A stretch of DNA of 63,965 nt, counting the filler, from Octopus bimaculoides (lineage: Eukaryota), in assembly GCF_001194135.2 (NCBI RefSeq). It is 7 parts of 7 records of this genome, joined end to end, with 100 filler letters (N's around TTAATTAATTAA, not from the genome) between each part and the next. Parts side by side here need not be neighbours in the genome. Positions count along the whole stretch, not along the records: positions 52,952 to 60,519 come from NC_068999.1; positions 60,620 to 62,863 come from NC_068987.1; positions 62,964 to 63,965 come from NC_068981.1; 4 more parts are not named here. One strand, 5' to 3'. Positions within the stretch are counted from its first letter, which is position 1. Every line of letters begins with the position of its first letter. Positions 53,428 through 63,965 of this stretch are shown here, in pieces. Under the pieces are notes generated by a model. It worked only from the letters and a program-made list of their open reading frames with translations, did not search any database and was not told the origin of the DNA. A program made the position numbers and the translations under genes.

Positions 53428-53855
53428 ATAATTATAATTAGGGTTCAGCAAAATTGCTTCACCACATACAGAAATTTAGAAATAGGAGTTAAAAGTCCTT
53501 TTCTACTACCGTAAGAATCTCCCATACAGTAACACACTTTTTTACGTAGGCAAAGGGAAAAATAATGAATTAACACGACTTCGATTATCCACAGACGCGT
53601 TTCGAGATTAAAGTAACTAATTTACTTACTTCCCGTCATCAGTGTAGCAGAAGTAAGTAAATTAAATATTTTAATCTCGAAACGCGTCTGTGGCCAATCG
53701 GAGTCGTGTTGATTCATTATTTCTCTCTTTGCCTACGTAAAAGAAGTTTGTTACTGTCTGGGAGATTCTTACGGTAGTAGAAAAGGAATCTTGAACTCCT
53801 ATTTCTAAATTCGGTATGTGATGAAGCAATTAGCTGACCCCTAATTATAATTATA
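53428..53855. repeat. Long imperfect inverted repeat (arms about 200 bp, loop about 19 nt)
   Basis: 53428-53631 is the reverse complement of 53651-53855, e.g. CTTTTCTACTACCGTAAGAATCTCCCA / TGGGAGATTCTTACGGTAGTAGAAAAG and CCACAGACGCGTTTCGAGATTAAA / TTTAATCTCGAAACGCGTCTGTGG. Confidence 0.9.
53589..53648 (-). ncRNA. Minimal type I hammerhead ribozyme (Penelope/retrozyme type), apparently intact
   Basis: Minus strand reads GCTACA-CTGATGA-C-GGG-AAGTAA..TTACTT..CTC-GAAAC-GC-GTC|TGTGG. It has a complete CUGAUGA/GAAA core, stem I CUACA/UGUGG, stem II, a palindromic ACGCGT stem III and a GUC cleavage triplet. Confidence 0.7.
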
Positions 53856-55039
53856 AAATATTTTCTATATATTACTCTTTTACTTGTTTCAGTCATTTGA
53901 CTGCGGCCATGCTGGAGCACCGCCTTTAGTCGAGCAAATCGACCCCAGGACTTATTCTTTGTAAGCCTAGTGCTTATTCTATCGGTCTCTTTTTGCCGAA
54001 CCGCTAAGTTACGGGGACGTAAACNNNNNNNNNNNNNNNNNNNNNNNNNNNNNNNNNNNNNNNNNNNNNNNNNNNNNNNNNNNNNNNNNNNNNNNNNNNN
54101 NNNNNNNNNNNNNNNNNNNNNNNNNNNNNNNNNNNNNNNNNNNNNNNNNNNNNNNNNNNNNNNNNNNNNNNNNNNNNNNNNNNNNNNNNNNNNNNNNNNN
54201 NNNNNNNNNNNNNNNNNNNNNNNNNNNNNNNNNNNNNNNNNNNNNNNNNNNNNNNNNNNNNNNNNNNNNNNNNNNNNNNNNNNNNNNNNNNNNNNNNNNN
54301 NNNNNNNNNNNNNNNNNNNNNNNNNNNNNNNNNNNNNNNNNNNNNNNNNNNNNNNNNNNNNNNNNNNNNNNNNNNNNNNNNNNNNNNNNNNNNNNNNNNN
54401 NNNNNNNNNNNNNNNNNNNNNNGGTTTGTAAGCAAGCTACTTACCACACAGCCACTCTTACACCTATGTATTATGTGTGTGTATATATATATATGCATAA
54501 ATATGTTGTGTGGGTTTGGGTGTGTGTGCGTGTTTGTGTGTGCATGCGTGCGCGCGCAGAATGTGCCTGGGATTAAACAAGAAAAAATAACAGTAGAAAA
54601 GGATATTTCTACCAAGTGGTCACTCGATCTTCTAGTGAGAAGTCATATCTGCTCCAAATTACACCGTATTGTCTGAAAAAGAATATCTCGGACTAAATTA
54701 CGAAGGTAATCCTACATTTAATAAGTGTGGAGAAAGAAAAGAATGAATGGGGTATGGTGGTCACGGCTGACATGCTTTTGATCATAGGTCAGTTGGATTA
54801 GGGTTGATCTAGAGCTGAGCAGCAACAAAAAAGAAACGAAAAATATTACACATATCTCCAGGTGTAAGACGAAATCTAAATTCTTTATATATACGCAGAT
54901 GCTGTGAGGTGCTATACATCACATGGATACGGACTGGTTAACCGACCAGATATCATTATTAAAGATGTAAAGAAAATGTATGCAATAATTAAAGTCATGT
55001 ACCTCAGACAATATGTTTTAGAGAGATTGTGATAAGTTT

Positions 55040-55760
55040 CCTAACTATGAAGTCGTGATGCTGCTGCTACTGCTACTGCTGCTGCTGCTGATTATATGGT
55101 TGATAGTGATGATGACAATGATAGCGATAATAATAACAGGAAGGAGGATTATGGTCGTGATGATGGGTGTTGGTGATGAAGATGGTAGTGATGATGATGA
55201 CGATGATGATGGTTAGGATAATGATGAGACTAATAGTGCTATTGATAATGATAATGACCATGATGATGACAATGGTGATAATGGTAAAGATGGCGATTGT
55301 GGTGGTGGTCGTCGTAGTGATAACTTTTAGAACGATGATTTTGGTGGTAGTGATGATGATAATGCTAGTGGGAGAAGTAATGATGATGGCGATGATGGTA
55401 TAGGTGCTGGTGGTCGTTTACATGAGTACAGTGTGTGAGTTACTGGAACAATAAGACTTTCAGAAAGATACAGCAAAGTGAGAATTGAAACTACCTTGTT
55501 GGACGAATAGCAGGTTGGTGTGAAGCGGGGCTGGAAGTGAATGGTGGTGTGAAAGATTGGATGGCTGTGTTGGTGGTTGCGTAGTTGTATTCGTGGTATA
55601 GGTAGTGTTAGTGGTGTTGGGGCTGTTAGATTTCTCAAGATTAAACCAGTGTGGTGGTGATATTAGTGGTATTGTTGACATTGCTGGTAGTGGTGTCGGC
55701 AGCGCTGGTGGTTGTGTGGTGATGTTGATGTGACGATATAACTAATATATTATCCAGCTG
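55040..55760. repeat. Long cryptic trinucleotide array (GAT/GGT/AGT/GCT)
   Basis: Mixed (GAT)n, (GGT)n and (GCT)n. This array is the source of the spurious poly-M/V/I/T ORFs. Confidence 0.85.
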
Positions 55761-56061
55761 TGGGTTGTGGAATATCGTGACCTACCATACAGATTTTCAA
55801 GATTAAATCACAGTATCCAAATAAATAGGTGAGATCGAAGAATATTAAAATAATGAACTCGATTGCTGTTTGTGTGTATGTGTATTATATAGTTTGGTTG
55901 TACATATATGTGTGTATATGTATATATATATATACGTGTGTGAGTCTATGTATGTATATACCTATGCGTGTATATGTTTGCATGAGAGTGTGTGTGCGTA
56001 TGTATGACTATGTAACTGCATGTGTGTGAATGTATGTCTGTGTATGCGCGCGTATGTATAC

Positions 56062-56095
<34 letters not shown>

Positions 56096-56271
56096 CAGTT
56101 ACGGAGTCTGTAATAGAAATATTAATGTGTCCAGGTACTGCACTAAAACATTCACCTTTGAGCATTGTCATACATACATACATACATACCTATCTATCTG
56201 TCTGTCTGTCCGTCCGTCCGCTCTCCATCCGTCCGTCTGCCTGTCTGTCTGTCTGTCTGTCCGTCTGTTTT

Positions 56272-56346
<75 letters not shown>

Positions 56347-56699
56347 GTCCACCTATTTATCTGTCTGTCTCTCTATCATCTATCAATCTGTGTGTGTATA
56401 TGTGTGCGTGTGTAGCTGTCCACCAATCTGTCTGACGCCCGTCTGTTTGTCTGTCTGTCTATCTGCACAATACATTTATACATAATATATATACTCGTAA
56501 ATATTCATATTACATATACAGAATACACATAGGTATGTATACGTATGCATAAATACATACATACATGCATACATATACATATATATATATATATTATGCA
56601 TATATAATATGTATACATACATACATATATACATAATTTGAAGAAAAGCAACAAAAATTCAATAGGCTATAGCAGTACGTACGTTTCATACAAACTTCA

Positions 56700-56960
56700 T
56701 TTATTCATGTAGTGAAACCTGGACAATGAAGCAGGAACTGCAGGTTCGCTTCAATGGTAGGTACACCGGCTTTTTTCGAGGGGGTCAAAGCATTTCATAA
56801 ACGAGGAAAAATTACGGATACATTCAGCTTGTCTCTGTTATTGCTGCTTAATCTTAAGGAAGGCTTTTCTTGGTGATTGATATCATGCTGTACACGAGGC
56901 CATCAGAAGTAGAAGACGAAGACCACTCATTACATTGATGTTATTGGCGGATATATGTGA
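56700..56960 (+). mobile_element. Decayed RTE-like LINE fragment
   Basis: SETWTMKQELQVRFNGRYT resembles the RTE ETWT..E.E.R.NG.YT segment, and TTHYIDVI follows downstream. Confidence 0.5.
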
Positions 56961-57521
56961 TGAATGGGAGATAGAGATCCTTGGTGCGGTGTGGTGGAAT
57001 GCGTTACAGTTGTCTAATGGGGAGCTACTGTATGAGAAAGAAAGAGATGAATGAAAAATGTGCGGGCCATGATAATTAGGATTGATTGGATTGCATAACG
57101 TTTGGGAGAGAGGTGTCATGATGTAGTCAACTTCATTTGTCTTTATCAACCCCTCAAAGAATGAAAAGCAAACTTCACCGTTGCAGGATTTGAATTCAGA
57201 ACTTTAAAAGTCCTTTAATAAATACGGCAAATTATTCTAATCAGTACATTACCTGTCCCCTGAAAATGATTGTTGAGCTTCGAGCCAATAGATCGGAACA
57301 CAGTATGTTAGAAAAACAACCAAATACTTATTAACAGGCGCAGGCGTGGCTGTGTGGTAAGAAGCTGACTTCCTAACTACATGGGTCCATGTTCAGTCCC
57401 ACTTCGGCCCTTCGGCAAGTGTCTTCTACTATAACCTCGAGCCGACTAATGCCTTGTGAGTGGATTTGGCAGACGGAAACTCAAAGAAGCTCATCGCATA
57501 TATGTGCGTGTGTGCCTGCGC

Positions 57522-57580
<59 letters not shown>

Positions 57581-58226
57581 NNNNNNNNNNNNNNNNNNNN
57601 NNNNNNNNNNNNNNNNNNNNNNNNNNNNNNNNNNNNNNNNNNNNNNNNNNNNNNNNNNNNNNNNNNNNNNNNNNNNNNNNNNNNNNNNNNNNNNNNNNNN
57701 NNNNNNNNNNNNNNNNNNNNNNNNNNNNNNNNNNNNNNNNNNNNNNNNNNNNNNNNNNNNNNNNNNNNNNNNNNNNNNNNAGAAAAAGATTGCCTTATGA
57801 GACAATCCATTTCAAAATATACTGAATAAAGAACGAAAATCCTTAATCGAAAGTGTTTGGGATCAGGACTGATTTGTGGTCTGAAAAACAACAATACTAA
57901 ATACTCGTCAGCAACACCGCTGCCGCCGAGCAATATTCTTTTCTACTCTAGGCATAAGGCCCGAAATTTTTGGGGAGGGTCCAGTCGATTAGATCGATCC
58001 CAGTACGCAACTGGTACTTAATTTATCGACTCCGAGGGATGAAAAACAAAGCCGACCTCAGCGGAATTTGAGCTCAGAACGTAAAGACAGACGAAATACC
58101 GTTAAGCATTTCGCCCGGCGTGAAACCGAGCGATATTAGAGAAGGAATTTCACGTGGTCTCTTGCCTTGTTAGTAATTGCAGCGAAGTCACTTTAAAATC
58201 AAACCTCACTGTCTCACAAGGTTAAA

Positions 58227-58265
<39 letters not shown>

Positions 58266-59006
58266 GAGGGAGAGAGATAAAAAAAAGAAAGGAAAACAGG
58301 ATCATAGCTAGAACACCTTTGATTATAGGTCTTGCTGATATGGTTTAAACAATATATTGCCTCTGAGTACATAGATATATGGAAAATATTAACGGGGGTG
58401 AGGAAGCAAAGGTTCAGGCCTGGACAGCTTTTATGCGTGGGCTGGCAGATGCATTGGAAATCCTCATATGTATGTAACATTCAAATACTGAGGTTCAGCT
58501 GATCTCTCGCACCCAAACGTGTGATCTTGTGGCTGAAAGTTATTTCAATCCAGATTGAGAACGTTTAAAGTTTCAAATCTTAACACTGTTGATTATAGTT
58601 GATTTGACAGAAATGGTAGCAGCTACTTTACATCATTGAAATACATTGCCTAACGCTCTGGTTTCAGCCCTTGCAAAGGTCACTTTTGCTTTTCCATCAT
58701 TTTATACCTAGGGGACAACAAAAAAAGCTCCTTTTTGAATCATATAGACTAATAGCACCGCATTCTGTGGTGTATATATTCCCCCTCTGGAAGGGCAGTC
58801 AGTCCGTTACAGGAATACCGGTTTTTGTCAGCTGAGTGGATTGAGCAACCTGAAATGAAATGTTTTGCTCAGGAACACAACACATCAACCGGTCTAGGAA
58901 TCGAAATCACAATCTTACCATCTAAGCACGCGCCTCCGCCCAACCGAGAAAAAAAAAACATCACTCAAATTCAGATGTTGATTTAATCACCTATAAACCT
59001 TGTTAC

Positions 59007-59009
<3 letters not shown>

Positions 59010-59082
<73 letters not shown>

Positions 59083-59275
59083 AATTATTATTAATTATTA
59101 ATTATTATTATTATTATTAATTATTATTATTATTAATTATTATTAATTATTATTAATTATTATTATTATTAATTATTATTATTAATTATTATTATTATTA
59201 TTAATTATTATTATTAATTATCATCAATTATTATTATTATTATTAATTATTAATTATTAATTATTAATTATTAAT
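59010..59275. repeat. (ATT)n array with interspersed ATTA units
   Basis: Directly visible. Confidence 0.95.
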
Positions 59276-59866
59276 ATTGCAATGTATTTTTCTCTGATAA
59301 TCTTCCAATTCTGTTATTCTTTTCTCTGATGCTCCACCAATCACTATATTTGATGAAATGTTGGGAGAGGAGGTTAGTCGATTACATCGACCTCAGTACT
59401 CAACTGGTACTTATTTCATCGACCCTCGAAAAATTGAAAGGAGAAGTCGACCTCGGTGGAATTTGAACTTACAACGTAAAGACGAAATGCAAGCATTTTG
59501 CCGGGCTTGCTAACGATTCCTTTCTACTCTAGGCACAAGGCCCGAAATTTTGGGAGAGGGGGTCAGTCGATTAGATCAACCCTAGTACGCAACTGGTACT
59601 TGATTTATCGACCCCGAAAGAATGAAAGGCCAAGTCGATCTCGGCGGAATTTGAACTCAGAACATAAAGACAGACGAAATGCCGTTACGCGTTTCGGCCG
59701 GTGTGCTAACGATTCTGTCAGCTCGCCAGTGGCAATGGTCGATAAGACCGAATTATCGCTTGACCGCTGTATGGCAATCGACTAATACAGAATAATTAGT
59801 TGGAAATTATTATGAATGCTTAAGCTTGTTTAAACATAATGTTTCTATGTGTGTATGTGTGTGGGC

Positions 59867-59924
<58 letters not shown>

Positions 59925-59929
59925 GTCTG

Positions 59930-59974
<45 letters not shown>

Positions 59975-61014
59975 TTATTTATTTAGCAATCTATCGATGC
60001 ATATAATGATTACACAAGCATCATTCGTATCCATTTATACGTATACACACACATATGCATATATACTCACATATAGAGAGAGGGGAGAGGGAAATGTGTG
60101 CAAAAACTAATGATGCTTGCATAATCATCATAAGCATGTGTGATTATATGCACAAATATTCAGACACACACACAGACACATACACACACACAGACACATA
60201 AGCACACACATGTACGAACACACACACACTTTTATATAAATACCCACACAAGCATGCATATACACAGATATGTGTGGAAATGCGTGTTTGCGTGTGTTCA
60301 TTCGTATTGCATGTGAGCATGTGTGTGTGTGCGCACCCGTGTGTGTATGTGCATGTGTGCATGTGTATGCGTGTGCATGTGTGTATGCGTATGTGCATGT
60401 GTGTATGTGTGTGTGTGCGTATGTGTGTGTGTGTGTATGTGTGTGCACCAAACGAAATTATTATTATATGCCGGTAAGAATGAGAACCTCAGACGAACCG
60501 AAACCGTAAGCAGACAATTNNNNNNNNNNNNNNNNNNNNNNNNNNNNNNNNNNNNNNNNNNNNTTAATTAATTAANNNNNNNNNNNNNNNNNNNNNNNNN
60601 NNNNNNNNNNNNNNNNNNNATGTATATATATATATAGGCGTGGGTGTATGGTAAGAGGCTTGCTTCCCAACAACATGGTTCTGGGTTCGGTCCCACTGCG
60701 TAGCACCTTGGGTAAGTGTCTACTACCGAGCCGGCCAAAGCCTTGTGAGTGGATTTGGTAGACGGAAACTGAAAGAAGCTCGTCGTATAATATATAAATA
60801 TATGCATATATCCATACATATATGTACATACCTACATCTATATGTATACATACATGCATACATGGGTACAGGACATCAAGAAAAACGTTAAACACAATGA
60901 GAAACGAAAACAGAAAAACGAAAGCAGAAAACGAACTTTTTTCGAACAATATGTGTGTGCGCGCGCGCGGATGTGTGTGTGAGCGTGTGTGTGAGTGTGT
61001 GTGTGTGAGCGTGT

Positions 61015-61058
<44 letters not shown>

Positions 61059-62134
61059 CAAACATCTGGTAGTGCGTTGCGTGCCGTTACTTGATAAATG
61101 AATAAATGCATTGTAAATAAACAACAGATAAAAAAACGTATACGTAGAAGACACAGAGGCTTGTCTGCGTTTGTTCCCCCCACCATCGCTTGACAACCGA
61201 CGTTGGTGTGCTTACGTACCCGTAACATAGCGGTTCGGCAAAAGAGACCGGTAGAACAAGTACTAGGCTTACAAAGAATACGTCCTAGGGTCGATTTGTT
61301 CGACTAAAGGAGGTGCTCCAGCATGGCTGCAGTCAAATGATTGACACAAGTAAAAAAATATAAGACCACACACACACACACACACGCACCCCCACACATA
61401 TATCTCCTCTGCCTTGTAATTGCTCTACTTATGTGTGTGTGTGTGTGTGTGTGTGTGAGTGTGTGTGTGTGTGTGTGTATGTGTGTGTGTGTGTGGATGT
61501 ATATATGCATGTATGCATACGTGCGACTGTTTCTCGCGGACGTCTTCGTTAGCTGACGTCAAATTAGTGTAATAAGATGATGTCAAAATTCTTCAGATTA
61601 GCAGCTGTACATAAGTTAAAGAAAAAAAATAACGCAAAACGTTCTCTCAGAAAACAAATATCGTAACGGATTGCTCTCTTCTTGGCAATACGTAAGAAAG
61701 ATAAGTATATTATTATTCTTCGTAATATTCAATCGCCGTCACTGCCTCCCGATGTGATCTGTATTCCTGTAACTACTTACAACATAGACTAAAATTGGCA
61801 TTATTTTAAACTAAACATTATTCGTACATCCTTTCAACTGAATGTTATTATTTGATTTCCTTGCTTAAACATATAGTATTCACACTTATAAATATATTGT
61901 GTATATAAGTTAGATAATATTATATTTCCCCAATGAATTTCTCTATAAATATATGCTGCACTGATGTTAACCTCATCGGTCAGAAGGTACTTATATACAG
62001 ATAAATAAATGATTAAATTTATGTTGTAATGATTTATTTTCAATTTTTGCCAATTTAATGAAGTCAGTTGAAAACCTTACAAAAGAGACCATTGCTTCGA
62101 TACTTCGGAAACGAGGTGACTAACTTCACCCCCA

Positions 62135-62196
<62 letters not shown>

Positions 62197-62616
62197 CCTA
62201 TCTATCTGTGTGTTTGTCTGTATTTGAATCTATCTGTGTATCTACACATACATATACGAATGTATGTGTGTGTATATATACACAGATATACAAATATAAA
62301 TATATATATGTGTGTGTATGTGTGTGTGTATGTGTGTGTGTATGTATGTATATATGTTTGTATACAAGATTGTAATTGTTTGACATGCGACTTGATTTGG
62401 GACCATAGATTGAAGCTGAAGCAATTACAACGTGGAAGAACAATTTTACCCATTTAAGAACACACAAAAATTTTTACATTCATCCTTCATTTATTTCTTG
62501 AAACCTTTATAAACTTGTCAGTTGTTATTTTCCAACAGCTGTAATGCAGTTGCGTGAACAGCTAAACAAAAAGGATTTTCTTAAATGATTGAAATAGCAC
62601 TTTCGTTTGTAATTGC

Positions 62617-62648
<32 letters not shown>

Positions 62649-62823
62649 TGGATGGATGGATGGATGGATGTATTATGTATGTATGCATGCATGTATGTAT
62701 GTATACGAATGCATATATGAACACACACACACATTTATATATACATATATATAAACATGTATATATACATATACATATATATGCATTTTACACTTTATAT
62801 ATATATGTATAGATATGTATTAT

Positions 62824-62863
<40 letters not shown>

Positions 62864-63139
62864 NNNNNNNNNNNNNNNNNNNNNNNNNNNNNNNNNNNNN
62901 NNNNNNNTTAATTAATTAANNNNNNNNNNNNNNNNNNNNNNNNNNNNNNNNNNNNNNNNNNNNACCCACCTACCTACCTACCTACCTACCCACCTACCTA
63001 CCTACCCACCTACCTACCTACCTACCTACCTACCTACCTATCAATCTATCTATGTATCTACATACCTACTTACCTATATACATATATACATACATATATG
63101 CGCACATACATAACACATATAAACACCCACATATGTATA

Positions 63140-63187
<48 letters not shown>

Positions 63188-63761
63188 CATCTATATATAT
63201 ATATATAAATAGAAATATACATACATGCATACATACATACACACACATACACACACACACACATATAGATATATATAAGACCATACATGCATACATTTGA
63301 TTATAGTATACCCGTAAGTGATAGAGGTGTATCAAAATGAAGCGCCCGCCCCTGTCATTGATTAGACAAGATGACACTAATCTGACAATTAAGTAATCCA
63401 TTACGATAATTCGGAATGCATCATTGACTTGAAGTTCAGTGTTGTTTGGTAATCCAAAACTCCGGCAATACCCGAAGATATCCAATGATGAATAGAACCT
63501 ATGGCATGGCGTAAAAACATGACAAACACAGATGAATTAGTTATCTGATATTGGTGATCATCTGTTGATTAATTGCTTGCTAATTTGGTAATCCTGGTGA
63601 GTTGATAGTGGTGTAAGACATTAAGTAATTTAATGGATCTTGTACATACTGCACCTCATCTTCTACCCATGTTTACGTCACTATAAGGACCTTGTAACGA
63701 AACAATTGTAGCAGTACCAGATAACCTATTTATCTATCTATGTCAAATGTATATACTACAT

Positions 63762-63871
63762 TGATAAAGCTGGTAAGACATCAAAAAGACTGTTACTCAG
63801 AGTTTCACGTCCCCGTTCGTTCGTCGAACGGGAACGCGAACAGTTTTTGTGATGTCTTTTCAGCTTTATCA
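63762..63871. repeat. Fold-back inverted repeat
   Basis: TGATAAAGCTGGTAAGACATCAAAAAGACTGTT pairs with AACAGTTTTTGTGATGTCTTTTCAGCTTTATCA, with an inner CGTCCCCGTTCG / CGAACGGGAACG hairpin. Confidence 0.85.
63790..63823 (-). ncRNA. Truncated hammerhead remnant at the centre of a fold-back
   Basis: Minus strand reads (CGA)ACGA-ACG-GGGA-CGT-GAAAC-TCTGA-GTA|ACAG. The 3' half of the core, stem II and stem III are present. The CUG and the stem I 5' arm are replaced at the inversion point. Confidence 0.4.
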
Positions 63872-63965
63872 GTAAAGATTATTACTCTACCTCCGGTATT
63901 CGAGTACTATTTTTGCAACTTGTTTCACATTTATGTGCTAATTCTGATATATATATATATATATA

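Noticed and set aside
61530-61700. CRE site TGACGTCA (61554-61561) plus a GTAAGA donor
   Set aside because: All three frames of the would-be exon are closed, and a single 8-mer is expected by chance.

Overview
Repeat-saturated animal genomic DNA, very probably octopus (inference from the SINE families, RTE/R4 LINE fragments and extreme (AT)n/(CA)n/(ATCT)n density). It contains many N-gaps. Six 100-bp gaps carry a synthetic TTAATTAATTAA linker, so the window is a concatenation of about 7 pieces whose adjacency is unproven. Almost every ORF in the supplied track is a microsatellite, gap or transposon artefact. One intact protein-coding ORF is recognisable: an intronless, strongly divergent ATG101-like HORMA-domain gene (23765-24409, +). 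By manual alignment to human ATG101 recalled from memory, it has lost the WF-finger Trp, the ATG13-contacting His and the C-terminal helix. Other host-gene evidence is a promoter with a candidate first coding exon (4663-4751, +) and a candidate 102-nt internal exon (32867-32968, -) inside a CpG-depleted, methylation-scarred segment (about 30.8-45.6 kb). The second main theme is four minimal type I hammerhead ribozyme motifs of the Penelope/retrozyme kind from different repeat families. One looks intact (53589-53648, -), and three sit at the centre of long fold-back inversions. All protein and family assignments come from visual comparison; no database search was run. Repeat boundaries are approximate.
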